64,000 nucleotides of DNA. Origin: Bacteroidia bacterium. GTDB taxonomy: Bacteria > Bacteroidota > Bacteroidia > Bacteroidales > JAPLDU01. The position numbers and the translations under genes were made by a program. The stretch covers positions 6,973-70,972 of the forward strand of contig JAPLDU010000057.1 in assembly GCA_026391255.1 (NCBI GenBank). Direction: 5' to 3'. Positions 1-9,155 of this stretch are shown one piece after another. The notes beneath the pieces are model-generated. The model had not been told where the DNA came from and searched no databases. It worked only from the letters and a program-made list of their open reading frames with translations. Each line of letters begins with the position of its first letter. The first letter of the stretch is position 1.

Positions 1-837
1 CCCTGGCAATTGATGGCTGAAAGAAAAAAGGCCGTCATCAGGGTGATACCGGTGAACGATAATGGTGAACTGGTGCTGGAAGAATTAGAGAAACTGATCA
101 GTAAAAAGACAAAAATTATTGCTGTCACTCATATTTCCAATACCCTCGGAACTGTCAATCCTGTTTCTGAGATCATTAAAAAAGCCCATTCACAGGGAAT
201 ACCGGTATTACTGGATGGTGCACAGGCAGTACAGCATGGAACCGTGGATGTAAGAGAACTTGATTGTGATTTTTACGTTTTTTCAGGGCATAAGATATAT
301 GGTCCTACCGGAATTGGCGTCCTGTATGGAAAGGAAGAACTGCTTAGCCAGTTGCCTCCTTACCAGGGTGGAGGTGATATGATTGATAATGTGACATTTG
401 CCGGAAGTACTTTCAATGTATTGCCATTTAAGTTCGAAGCCGGAACCACTAACTTTGCCGGTGCAGTAGGTATGGCTGCTGCCCTTGATTATTTCAGTAA
501 TACGGGTATCGATAGTATTGTCAGCTATGAAAACGATTTGCTGAAATATGTCTATGAAAAACTTTCCCGTATTGATGGTCTGACATTATTTGGAAAATCT
601 GCATCACGAATTCCCGTTTTCTCATTTATCCTTGACCATATTCATCCATATGATACCGGTATGGTCCTCGATAAACTGGGCATTGCCGTCAGAACCGGTA
701 CTCATTGCAACCAGCCGCTGATGGACCGTTTCGGTCTGCCGGGAACAGTCAGGGCTTCTTTTTGTTTTTACAATACATTCGCCGAGGCAGATGCATTAAT
801 TGACGGGATAATGAAAGTGAAACAAATGTTCGGTTAA
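1..837 (+). CDS. sufS: Cysteine desulfurase SufS (class V aminotransferase), 5' end cut by the window edge
   Basis: Frame 1 is open from nt 1 (PWQLMAERK...); the ORF track lists 10..837. The PLP-lysine context FSGHKIYGPTGIG and the catalytic Cys loop RTGTHCNQPL match E. coli SufS by eye. sufE follows directly. Confidence 0.9.
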   Translation, partial: PWQLMAERKKAVIRVIPVNDNGELVLEELEKLISKKTKIIAVTHISNTLGTVNPVSEIIKKAHSQGIPVLLDGAQAVQHGTVDVRELDCDFYVFSGHKIYGPTGIGVLYGKEELLSQLPPYQGGGDMIDNVTFAGSTFNVLPFKFEAGTTNFAGAVGMAAALDYFSNTGIDSIVSYENDLLKYVYEKLSRIDGLTLFGKSASRIPVFSFILDHIHPYDTGMVLDKLGIAVRTGTHCNQPLMDRFGLPGTVRASFCFYNTFAEADALIDGIMKVKQMFG

Positions 838-920
838 TGTGATAATGTGGTAATGTGGTAATGTGGTAATGTGATATTTAATTTACTCATAACTCATTAC
901 TCATAACTCATAATTATTTT
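838..920 (+). repeat. Dispersed repeat family 3, copy 1 (gtggtaat array plus ttaatttactcataactcat.. array)
   Basis: It starts 1 nt after the sufS stop. It closely matches the reverse complement of 3523-3601. Confidence 0.8.
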
Positions 921-970
921 CTGATACCTGATACTACTTCTAAAAACCTACAGCCTAAACACCTGATAAA
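921..970. repeat. Short word arrays (gatacct words; ctaaaaacct/acagcct words)
   Basis: ctgatacctgatactac ... ctaaaaacctacagcctaaacacctgat. The same words recur at 10169-10204, 14145-14195, 17478-17500 and 23469-23506, and as reverse complements at 13941-13994 and 17629-17682. Confidence 0.7.
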
Positions 971-982
971 ATCAATAATGAA

Positions 983-1432
983 ATGAGCGCCACCGGACAA
1001 TCAATAAAAGATATCGAGGAGGAAATTGTACAGGAGTTTGAAGTATTTGACGACTGGATGGATAAATACAATTACCTGATCGAGCTAAGCAAAGACATGC
1101 CTGCGATTGACAATAAATTCAAAACTGATGAATATCTTATCCGCGGTTGCCAGTCAAAGGTTTGGCTGAATGCCAGCCTTGAAGGTGATAAAGTGATTTT
1201 TACCGCCGACAGCGATGCTATCATCACCAAAGGAATAATTTCATTGCTGATCAGAATATTGTCCCACAAGACTCCGGATGAGATCATCAATACTGAATTG
1301 TCGTTTGTCGACAGAATCGGATTGAAAGAAAACCTTTCACCTACGCGATCGAATGGCTTGCTTTCAATGATAAAACAAATGAAGTTATATGCCCTTGCTT
1401 ATAAAACTAAACTTAATCAAACGAAGCAGTGA
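983..1432 (+). CDS. sufE: Cysteine desulfuration (sulfur acceptor) protein SufE
   Basis: 149 aa with the SufE active-site context RGCQSKVWL and the C-terminal LSPTRSNGL motif. It lies next to sufS. Confidence 0.85.
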   Translation: MSATGQSIKDIEEEIVQEFEVFDDWMDKYNYLIELSKDMPAIDNKFKTDEYLIRGCQSKVWLNASLEGDKVIFTADSDAIITKGIISLLIRILSHKTPDEIINTELSFVDRIGLKENLSPTRSNGLLSMIKQMKLYALAYKTKLNQTKQ

Positions 1433-2079
1433 CTACAGAAGAAGTTCAACCCCGTCGTCTGCTGAGAACCGCCTATCTGCTCGGTATTATTACCGTGATC
1501 TATAATATTGCCGAGGGCTTGATTTCAATAGTTTTCGGAGCATCCGGCGATTCGCTGACCCTGCTTGGTTTTGGGATAGATAGTTTTGTTGAAGTGATCT
1601 CCGGGCTTGGAATTGTTCACATGATCTCAAGGATGAAAAGAGATCAGGAAGTGAGTGTTTGGGATAAAGCTGAAACTCAGGCGCTGTGGATAACAGGGAT
1701 AAGTTTCTTCATTCTTGCCGCAGGCCTTGTAATAAGTTCAATCCTGAAAATCATTCATCATTCTGAACCGACCACAACACTGGCAGGAATTATCATATCG
1801 GTGGTTTCAATATTGGCAATGTGGATACTGATGAGACAGAAAATTAAGGTTGGTAAAGCAATGGGTTCAGAAGCCGTCCTGGCAGATGCCGCCTGTACAC
1901 GTACTTGTTTGTATCTCTCATTTGTTTTGTTTTTTGCCAGTGCCGGGTATGAAATTTTCAGGATACCATATCTTGATATTGCCGGAGCGCTTGCCATTGC
2001 AGGCTTTGCTGTTCATGAAGGCTTTGAAGCAATAGAAAAAGCAAAGTCTGATTCATTGGTTTGCAAGAACGTAAATTAA
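1429..2079 (+). CDS. Polytopic membrane protein resembling a cation-diffusion-facilitator transmembrane domain, with no cytoplasmic domain
   Basis: 216 aa with about 6 hydrophobic segments. The N-terminal NIAEGLISIVFG..SLTLLGFGIDSFVEVISG resembles CDF TM1-2. The GTG start overlaps the sufE TGA stop (GTGA at 1429-1432). Confidence 0.5.
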   Translation: MTTEEVQPRRLLRTAYLLGIITVIYNIAEGLISIVFGASGDSLTLLGFGIDSFVEVISGLGIVHMISRMKRDQEVSVWDKAETQALWITGISFFILAAGLVISSILKIIHHSEPTTTLAGIIISVVSILAMWILMRQKIKVGKAMGSEAVLADAACTRTCLYLSFVLFFASAGYEIFRIPYLDIAGALAIAGFAVHEGFEAIEKAKSDSLVCKNVN

Positions 2080-2164
2080 TTTGAAAATTTGAAAATGTGC
2101 AAATTTGAAAATTAAATCCGTTTCACGGGAAAAAGATTAGCGACAACATATTAGTAAGTTTTGT
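2074..2164 (+). repeat. Dispersed repeat family 1, copy 1 (gaaaatttgaaaatgtgcaaatttgaaaattaaatccgtttcacggga..agattagcgacaacat..taagttt)
   Basis: It overlaps and abuts the stop codon of the 1429..2079 gene. By eye it aligns with 22461-22550 (+) and with the reverse complement of 20950-21040. Confidence 0.85.
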
Positions 2165-2199
2165 TTCCTAACCGTCTATTGTAAATGAAAACATGAAAA

Positions 2200-2523
2200 A
2201 TGGAAAATAATATTGATTTTCTTCAACTCGAAGACGAGATTGTTAAAGTGATTAAAACAATCTATGATCCTGAGATACCAGTCAATATCTATGATCTTGG
2301 GCTGATTTACCAGGTGAATGTGGATTACGACAACAAGGTGGAAATTGTGATGACTCTTACAGCTCCCAATTGCCCGATAGCTGATTCACTTCTTGCCGAG
2401 GTGAATGAAAAAATAGCTGAAATACCCGGTGTTGCCGAGGTAAAGGTTACACTGACCTTTGATCCTCCCTGGAGCAAAGAAATGCTGAGCGAGGATGCAC
2501 AGCTCGAATTGGGATTTATGTAG
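2200..2523 (+). CDS. DUF59/MIP18-family Fe-S cluster assembly protein (SufT-like)
   Basis: 107 aa with the DPEIPVNIYDLGLIY and LTAPNCP motifs typical of DUF59 Fe-S assembly proteins. It sits in a suf context. Confidence 0.8.
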   Translation: MENNIDFLQLEDEIVKVIKTIYDPEIPVNIYDLGLIYQVNVDYDNKVEIVMTLTAPNCPIADSLLAEVNEKIAEIPGVAEVKVTLTFDPPWSKEMLSEDAQLELGFM

Positions 2524-2536
2524 GATTGCCAGATAA

Positions 2537-3382
2537 TCAATAATCACCAAGCGTTTCTTCCAACTGACTCAGGGCTCTGGCAAGTTGTTCGTCGTTGGGC
2601 GCTACTCCGTGCCAGTGGTTGGTTCCCATCATAAAATCAACACCCATTCCCATTTCCGTTTTCATGATCATCATTACCGGCTTTTCATTACCGGTGTGTT
2701 GTTTGGCTATCTTCATGGTTGCCAGGATATCATTCATATCATTGCCGTTCATTTCGAGCACATCCCATCCGAATGAACTCCATTTGGCTCTGATATCTCC
2801 CAGTGGAATGATTTTATCCACTGAACCATCAATCTGCTGGTTGTTGTGATCTATGGTCGCAATCAGGTTATCCACTTTATGAGCAGCAGCAAACATGGCA
2901 GCTTCCCAGATCTGTCCTTCCTGAATTTCCCCGTCGCCATGAAGGCTGTAAATCAATTTATGATCACCGTTAAGCTTTTTGGTCAAAGCGGCGCCAATAG
3001 CAACCGACAATCCCTGTCCAAGAGATCCTGATGACATCCTGATTCCCGGCAGGTGCTCCTGTGTAGTGGGATGACCCTGCAAACGGGAGTTGAGTTTCCT
3101 GAAAGTCGACAATTCACTGACGGGAAAATATCCCGACCGGGCAAGCACACTGTACCAGACAGGAGATATATGGCCGTTGGAAAGAAAAAATATATCCTGG
3201 TCCTTACCATCCATGGTGAAATCAGTTGGGTCATGTTCGAGGATATTAAAATACAAAGCGGTGAGAAAATCGGCACAACCCAGCGATCCGCCCGGATGTC
3301 CTGATCTTGCTCCATTGGTCATTCTCAGAATATCACGCCTCACCTGAGTGGCAGTTCTTATCAGATCATTGGTTGAAAGCAT
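2537..3382 (-). CDS. Transketolase, N-terminal (TPP-binding) subunit of a split transketolase
   Basis: 281 aa with GHPGGSLG, the GDGE..EGQ.WEA TPP-binding motif and a HWHG C-terminal region. Its length matches the split N-subunit. Confidence 0.85.
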   Translation of the reverse strand: MLSTNDLIRTATQVRRDILRMTNGARSGHPGGSLGCADFLTALYFNILEHDPTDFTMDGKDQDIFFLSNGHISPVWYSVLARSGYFPVSELSTFRKLNSRLQGHPTTQEHLPGIRMSSGSLGQGLSVAIGAALTKKLNGDHKLIYSLHGDGEIQEGQIWEAAMFAAAHKVDNLIATIDHNNQQIDGSVDKIIPLGDIRAKWSSFGWDVLEMNGNDMNDILATMKIAKQHTGNEKPVMMIMKTEMGMGVDFMMGTNHWHGVAPNDEQLARALSQLEETLGDY

Positions 3383-3390
3383 ATTTTATT

Positions 3391-3425
3391 AGTTGTAAGT
3401 TGACAGTCGTAAGTTGTAAGTCAGG
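3391..3425. repeat. gtaagtt-word tandem array upstream of the transketolase gene
   Basis: agttgtaagttgacagtcgtaagttgtaagtcagg. Confidence 0.6.
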
Positions 3426-3430
3426 TATCA

Positions 3431-3522
3431 TGATGAGTGATGAGTGATGAGTGATGAGTCGTAGTCACGCATGGTATGCGTGTCAGGTTACAGGTCACAA
3501 GTCACAAGTCACGGGTCACAGG
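3431..3522 (+). repeat. Dispersed repeat family 2, copy 1 (gatgagt array, hairpin cacgcat-ggt-atgcgtg, gtcacaa/g array)
   Basis: It aligns with 17686-17773. It contains a 7-bp stem hairpin at 3466-3482. Confidence 0.8.
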
Positions 3523-3601
3523 AAATAATTATGAGTTATGAGTTATGAATTATGAGTAAATTAATTATCACATTATCACATTATCACATTACCACATTAC
3601 C
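3523..3601 (-). repeat. Dispersed repeat family 3, copy 2 (inverted)
   Basis: The reverse complement reads ggtaatgtggtaatgtgataatgtgataatgtgataattaatttactcataattcataactcataactcataattattt. Confidence 0.8.
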
Positions 3602-3622
3602 AAATTTTCAAATTTTCAAATC
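3601..3622. repeat. aattttca octamer array next to the rseP stop
   Basis: caaattttcaaattttcaaatc; this is the same word as in family 1. Confidence 0.6.
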
Positions 3623-3633
3623 ATTTTTTCACA

Positions 3634-5016
3634 TTATCTATGCATCCAACGGATAATATCGTTGAAATTTGCAAACAACAGCAACGAAAAAAGCAATACC
3701 ATTCCCACAATCTGGGCATATTCAAGGAATTTATCACCGGGTTTGCGGCCGGTAATGATCTCAAAAAGCAGAAAACACACGTGACCTCCATCCAGTGCAG
3801 GAATGGGAAGGATATTCATAAATGCCAGGATCACCGATAGGAAAGCAGTCATATTCCAGAAAACAGCCCAGTTCCATGATTTCGGGAAGATACTGCCAAT
3901 GGTGCCAAATCCTCCCAGTTGTTTGGCCCCTTCGCGGGTAAACACGTACTTCATCTGTTTCACATAGCTGACAAGTGTTTCAACACCAAGACCGATACCG
4001 GCAGGAATAGACGCAAAGAATCCATATGTAATCCGTTTGGTTTCAAAGAATGACCCGGGTTGCCTGTAAGCCACACCGATCTTCCCCAGTGAAGTGACCT
4101 TTAAAGTGAAATGCTGCACTGAATCATTCCTCCTGACTTCAATATTTGCTGATTTGTCCTTCAGCTTATCAAGCTGGGTCATGAATTCATAAGCGGAAGG
4201 AGTGAGTATATTATTGACAGATAATACAATATCATTCTTCTTTAATCCTGCTTCCTTAGCTGGGTTATTGGGTAAGACGCTGTCAATGACAAACGGAAAG
4301 CTGAAATCGACAAGCATGCTTACTTTTCTGGAAATCATTTTCTGGCTGAACCCTGCAGGAACAGGGATTGTGATCTTCTCTCCCTTACGTTCAACCACAA
4401 TGGTTTTCGCATTGTCAATAAGTATATGTGATGAAACATCGATGAAGCGTTCAATTTTAAAAGTATCGACACTCAGAATTTTATCCCCGTTTTTCAGCCC
4501 GATTTCAAGTGCCAGAGAATCACAGACTATTCCATATCTGGCATTTCCGGCAGGTACATATTCTTTTCCCCAGGTGTAAAGAATCATGGAATAAATACCG
4601 AGAGCCAGCAGAAAGTTGACAATTACGCCGCCAAGCATGATGAGCAAACGCTGCCAGGCCGGTTTGAAACGGAATTCCCAGGGTTGAGGCGGTTGTTTCA
4701 TTTGTTCGGTATCGAGAGATTCATCAATCATGCCGGAGATTTTCACATAACCACCTAGTGGAATCCAGCCGATTCCAAACTCAGTTTTCTCATATACGTC
4801 CGGATTATTTTCTTTGTTTTTTGAAAAAAAACTGACTATCCAACGGCCTCCGATATTCCTGAATTTGATGATCGAAAACCAGGCATTGAAAAACATGTAA
4901 AATTTTTCGATCCTTGTTTTGAAAAGCCTTGAAAATGCAAAATGTCCCATTTCATGGAGGATAACCAGTATGGTAAGGCTGAGCAATAATCCTGCTATTT
5001 GAGTGATAATTCCCAT
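3634..5016 (-). CDS. rseP: RIP (site-2) zinc metalloprotease RseP
   Basis: 460 aa with an N-terminal HEMGH zinc motif in a TM helix, PDZ-like central regions and a C-terminal NILPIPALDGG motif. It lies immediately downstream of dxr, a common arrangement. Confidence 0.9.
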   Translation of the reverse strand: MGIITQIAGLLLSLTILVILHEMGHFAFSRLFKTRIEKFYMFFNAWFSIIKFRNIGGRWIVSFFSKNKENNPDVYEKTEFGIGWIPLGGYVKISGMIDESLDTEQMKQPPQPWEFRFKPAWQRLLIMLGGVIVNFLLALGIYSMILYTWGKEYVPAGNARYGIVCDSLALEIGLKNGDKILSVDTFKIERFIDVSSHILIDNAKTIVVERKGEKITIPVPAGFSQKMISRKVSMLVDFSFPFVIDSVLPNNPAKEAGLKKNDIVLSVNNILTPSAYEFMTQLDKLKDKSANIEVRRNDSVQHFTLKVTSLGKIGVAYRQPGSFFETKRITYGFFASIPAGIGLGVETLVSYVKQMKYVFTREGAKQLGGFGTIGSIFPKSWNWAVFWNMTAFLSVILAFMNILPIPALDGGHVCFLLFEIITGRKPGDKFLEYAQIVGMVLLFSLLLFANFNDIIRWMHR

Positions 5017-5022
5017 AATTTC

Positions 5023-6177
5023 TTAGGTTTGGATAAATTCAGAAGTGATAATTCTCGTTTCTTGGTCGGTACTTATATAATCTGATAATGAAGGTTCTGA
5101 AATAAAGTGGATTCTGTTGATTGCTTTTTCAATCATAACGGGCATATCAGTAAAGCGGATACGGTTTTGAAGAAATGCTTTCACAGCCACTTCATTGGCA
5201 GCATTCAATGCACAGGGAATATTTCCGCCCCTGGCAAGCGCTTCAAAAGCCAGGGTCAGATTGCGGAAGACTTCGTAATCAGGTTTCTCAAAACTCAGGT
5301 TCGGGTAATCGGTAAAACTAAAACGCCGGAATGATGATTTAAGACGTTCAGGCCAGGCCAGTGCATACTGAATGGGCAGTTTCATATCCGGAAGACCCAT
5401 CTGTGCTTTCATTGAACCGTCTACAAACTGTACCATGGAATGAATCACTGATTGAGGATGAACGATCACATCGATCTGGTCGGGACTCAGGCCGAACAAC
5501 CACCGAGCTTCAATTACTTCCAGCCCTTTATTCATCATACTTGCAGAATCGATAGTGATTTTCTCGCCCATACTCCAGTTGGGATGGGTCAATGCCTCCC
5601 TGCGGGTTACATTCCTGAGAAATTCCAGGCTTTTTCCACGAAAAGGTCCGCCAGAAGCTGTCAGGTAGATTTTTTCTACCCGACTCATATCTTCACCGGC
5701 CATGCATTGGAAAATAGCCGAATGTTCCGAATCAACAGGGATGATGGATACATTGTTCTCCTGTGCCATGCAGGTAATCAATTCACCGGCAATCACAAGG
5801 GTTTCTTTATTTGCAAGAGCTATATCTTTGCCTGCCTGAATTGCCTTCACAGAAGGCAGAAGGCCTGCATAACCCACGATGGCAATCAGCACCATGTCAA
5901 TATCTGATAAACATGCTGCTTCGGCTACCTGTTCCTCACCGGCCATTACGGTAATACCTAAATATGACAATGCATCAGATACAACCTGGTATTTTTCTTT
6001 ATCTGCAATGACAACTGCTTTCGGGCGATGCTTAACAGCCTGCCTTATAAGTAGTTCTGAATTCCAGTTGGCAGTAAGTACCTCTACCTCAAAATGATCA
6101 GGATGGTTTTCAATCACATTAAGCGCCTGTACACCGATCGAACCGGTGGAACCAAGTATGGCAATGTGTTTCTTCAT
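5023..6177 (-). CDS. dxr: 1-deoxy-D-xylulose-5-phosphate reductoisomerase
   Basis: 384 aa with the GSTGSIG NADPH motif, LANKE, and the DSEHSAIFQC and HPNWSMG motifs. Confidence 0.95.
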   Translation of the reverse strand: MKKHIAILGSTGSIGVQALNVIENHPDHFEVEVLTANWNSELLIRQAVKHRPKAVVIADKEKYQVVSDALSYLGITVMAGEEQVAEAACLSDIDMVLIAIVGYAGLLPSVKAIQAGKDIALANKETLVIAGELITCMAQENNVSIIPVDSEHSAIFQCMAGEDMSRVEKIYLTASGGPFRGKSLEFLRNVTRREALTHPNWSMGEKITIDSASMMNKGLEVIEARWLFGLSPDQIDVIVHPQSVIHSMVQFVDGSMKAQMGLPDMKLPIQYALAWPERLKSSFRRFSFTDYPNLSFEKPDYEVFRNLTLAFEALARGGNIPCALNAANEVAVKAFLQNRIRFTDMPVMIEKAINRIHFISEPSLSDYISTDQETRIITSEFIQT

Positions 6178-6203
6178 CAGGCTGGCAGCTTAATTTAGAA
6201 AGG

Positions 6204-7076
6204 TCAGAAAATAATATATTTCTCGGGGTTAAGCGGTGCCCCGTTATACCAAAGCTCAAAATGAAGATGCGGTCCGGTGGATAATTCCCCTGTATTTCCG
6301 ATGATGGCGATTGGCTCTCCTGCAGTAACATGACTGCCAATCGATTTTAAAAGTTCGGAATTATGTTTATAAACCGATATCAGGTTGTTTCGGTGCTGAA
6401 CCTGTATGATGTACCCAAAATCTATTGTCCATGTGGCATCAATAACTGTTCCGTCAAGAACTGATGTGATCACTGAGTTTTGGGCAGCAACTATATCTGT
6501 ACCGTAATGATTTTTGACCAGATCAAATTTAGCAGTGATCAGTCCTTTCAAGGGAGTAAAGAAGTGAATCCCGCTCAGAGTATTACCTGAACCGGCATTC
6601 TCGGAAGATGAAATATTAAGCGCATCCTCACTTTCAACTCTCTTCCGCAGCATTGAATCATCCTTTGATTTTGTAAATTTGATATTATCGTATTTTTTGG
6701 TGGTATCTTCTTTCTGGTCAATGGATTTGATTTTCTTACCATCCAGTATGTTTTTCAGATTAGTCAAAAATTGGTCCCTCAGGTGAATTTCATACTCCAA
6801 TGAGTCAGTTTTAAACGAATTCCTGATAATCTTTTTTCTCATATTGCCGTCGGGATAACCGGGAATAAATTCACGTAAAGGAGTAAAGGCGATAAGTATG
6901 GTAACAGCGGTGATCAGAATGATTGCGGATAATCCGACAACTACAAATACATTCATTCTTGACAGCCGGAATGAAACTACTTCTTCAAAGGTAGTATCAT
7001 TCAGGATCTTCAGATGGTATTTATCCCTGAATTTGCTGAAAATGCTGGTTTTCTTTATTAACCTTTTTGCTGCCAT
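6204..7076 (-). CDS. M23 family metallopeptidase (peptidoglycan DD-endopeptidase-like) with an N-terminal membrane anchor
   Basis: 290 aa with one N-terminal TM segment and a C-terminal M23 signature (HYGTD...GNTGELSTGPHLHFE). Confidence 0.85.
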   Translation of the reverse strand: MAAKRLIKKTSIFSKFRDKYHLKILNDTTFEEVVSFRLSRMNVFVVVGLSAIILITAVTILIAFTPLREFIPGYPDGNMRKKIIRNSFKTDSLEYEIHLRDQFLTNLKNILDGKKIKSIDQKEDTTKKYDNIKFTKSKDDSMLRKRVESEDALNISSSENAGSGNTLSGIHFFTPLKGLITAKFDLVKNHYGTDIVAAQNSVITSVLDGTVIDATWTIDFGYIIQVQHRNNLISVYKHNSELLKSIGSHVTAGEPIAIIGNTGELSTGPHLHFELWYNGAPLNPEKYIIF

Positions 7077-7204
7077 GTATGAATATACGGATCAGTATCC
7101 GTAAAAAATGCAAAGGTAATCAGTTTTGTAAATATGTGAATAAGTTGGTTCAGGTTTCATGGTTCGACCTATAGTATTTTATTTCTGAAATCTTGACGCG
7201 TTTT

Positions 7205-7370
7205 GGCAAAAAAATCCAAAATACAAATCACAAAAAACAAATAATAAACAATTTTAAAATTTCAAATACCAAACAAACTAATTTGATTTTGTCATTTTGT
7301 TGATTGATATTTATTTGTTATTTGTATTTTGAGATTTGTGATTTCTTGTTTGGTTCTGGCTCGTCCAGGT
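7205..7370. repeat. A/T-rich intergenic block of caaa/tttg words with inverted symmetry (between mpl and the M23 peptidase gene)
   Basis: caaaatacaaatcacaaaaaacaaataa... faces ...ttatttgttatttgtattttgagatttgtgatttcttgtttgg. The words caaaatacaaa and aaatcacaaa recur as reverse complements in shuffled order. Confidence 0.55.
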
Positions 7371-7382
7371 TGGGTTTCATAA

Positions 7383-8741
7383 TCAATTTACTACCTTTTG
7401 AGCCAGTTCAGGAAAATCAATTCCGGAAAAATTGCCTGAGCTCATCAGTAATAAATTGCTGTTGTGCCAGTGGGTTGACAACAGCCGCTCTGTCATTTCA
7501 CCGGGTTCGGTGAATACTTCAATGTTTGAACCGCCAAATGCATGTGCTACCATTTCAGGACTGATTGCAGGCAATCTTTTGTGCTCAATGGTATGCGGGT
7601 CAAAATATACATAAGCAATATCAGCCGGCAGCATAGTACCTGCATATTCTGATAAGAAATTCATATTTAAGCTGCTGAAGGTATGCAGTTCCATGCACGC
7701 CACTAATTTACGTGCGGGAAATTGTTCTTTAACTGCTTTTATTGTCGCCATTAATTTAGATGGGGAATGGGCAAAATCAAGAAAAACACTGGTATGTTCA
7801 TTTTTTGCCAGGAGTTGAAGCCGTTTTGCCGCACCGGCAAAGCTGCAGATTGCCTCGTAAAATTGACCGTCACCAACACCGAGTTCTTTACAAACAAGCC
7901 TGGCGCCGTTTATATTCTGCAGATTATGCTTACCGAAAATTTTCAGCTTGTAAGAATTATTATCAGTTATTAATGAAGTCACCCCGTCTTGTGTAATGGA
8001 TTCATGGGTTGTATAGGGAATAATTTTAAGTCCGGCAGGGGCAGAGCCGGTCAGCATGCCAAGCAATTCATCATTCTGGCAGTAAATCAGGGTGCCGTTT
8101 TTTTCAATCAGGCCGATAAATTTTCTGAACTGTTCAATATAGTTTTCAAAAGTGGGAAATACATTGATATGATCCCATGCTATACCGCTGAGTAATGCCA
8201 CATGTGGTTTGTACAGATGGAACTTTGGCCGCAGGTCGGTAGCGGACGAAAGGTACTCATCACCTTCGAAAACTGCAATGGGCGCTTCTTCGGTGATCCT
8301 GACCATGGTGTCGAAACCTTCAAGTTGTGAACCCACCATATAATCAAAATCCATATGATGGTATCGTAATACATGCATTATCATCGATGTGATAGTAGTT
8401 TTTCCGTGACTTCCGCCAATGACCACCCTTTTTTTATTCCGGCTCTGTTCGTACAGATATTCAGGAAAAGAAAAAATCCTCAGCCCCAGGCCGGTTGCCC
8501 TTTCAAGCTCCGGATTATCTGCACGGGCATGCATTCCCAGAATAACAGCATTTATATCGGGGGTAATCTTTTCAGGATACCAGCCCCATTGCAGAGGCAA
8601 TAATCCAACCTTTGCCAGCCTGCTGCGGGCAGGATCAAAAATTTCATCATCCGAACCGCTTACCTGGTAACCCTTCTGGTGAAGGGCAATAGCAAGGTTA
8701 TGCATCACGGCGCCTCCCATGGCTATCAGGTGTATTCTCAT
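7383..8741 (-). CDS. mpl: UDP-N-acetylmuramate:L-alanyl-gamma-D-glutamyl-meso-diaminopimelate ligase (Mpl, murein peptide recycling)
   Basis: 452 aa of Mur-ligase architecture. It has an N-terminal Rossmann region (IHLIAMGGAVMHNLA) and a GSHGKTT P-loop, and its length and N-terminus fit Mpl/MurC-type ligases. Confidence 0.8.
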   Translation of the reverse strand: MRIHLIAMGGAVMHNLAIALHQKGYQVSGSDDEIFDPARSRLAKVGLLPLQWGWYPEKITPDINAVILGMHARADNPELERATGLGLRIFSFPEYLYEQSRNKKRVVIGGSHGKTTITSMIMHVLRYHHMDFDYMVGSQLEGFDTMVRITEEAPIAVFEGDEYLSSATDLRPKFHLYKPHVALLSGIAWDHINVFPTFENYIEQFRKFIGLIEKNGTLIYCQNDELLGMLTGSAPAGLKIIPYTTHESITQDGVTSLITDNNSYKLKIFGKHNLQNINGARLVCKELGVGDGQFYEAICSFAGAAKRLQLLAKNEHTSVFLDFAHSPSKLMATIKAVKEQFPARKLVACMELHTFSSLNMNFLSEYAGTMLPADIAYVYFDPHTIEHKRLPAISPEMVAHAFGGSNIEVFTEPGEMTERLLSTHWHNSNLLLMSSGNFSGIDFPELAQKVVN

Positions 8742-9019
8742 TGTATTATTCTCAATTTACAAATTACATTAACGGATTTTTCAGAACCGTAATACTAATG
8801 ATATATCAAAATAATTGCAAGCTTGTAAAATATTCCGGTTTTTTTAATCACAACTCCGGATTTTCACATAAATTGCAGAAATTTTAATCCTGATCATTCA
8901 GTCTGTATGGCTGAAGATTTTTGATAAAATTTGACAGGTTGCTGGATATTATATTCTCAGAATACAGATGGTTTGGCTGATAATAGAAACTGTTTTGATT
9001 TTTTAATTTTATATATTTT

Positions 9020-9111
9020 GCCACCAAGTCACTAAGACATCAAGGAACACAAAGTGCTCATTTACTGAAATATTATCTTTGTGAACCTTTGTGCCTTAGA
9101 GCCTTTGTGGC
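9020..9111. repeat. Imperfect 35-nt inverted repeat (27/35 complementary) with a 22-nt spacer; REP/MITE-like hairpin element
   Basis: The left arm is gccaccaagtcactaagacatcaaggaacacaaag (9020-9054). The right arm is ctttgtgaacctttgtgccttagagcctttgtggc (9077-9111). I counted the complementarity by hand. Confidence 0.75.
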
Positions 9112-9155
9112 AGAAAAATGATTCATTAATTAGCATTAATAAAATTCTAAACCAC

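Noticed and set aside
7304-7513. Track ORF 7304..7513 (+) and other small ORFs overlapping mpl, dxr, rseP and the transketolase gene on the opposite strand.
   Set aside because: They lie inside or overlap well-supported conserved genes, show no motifs, and are typical shadow ORFs.
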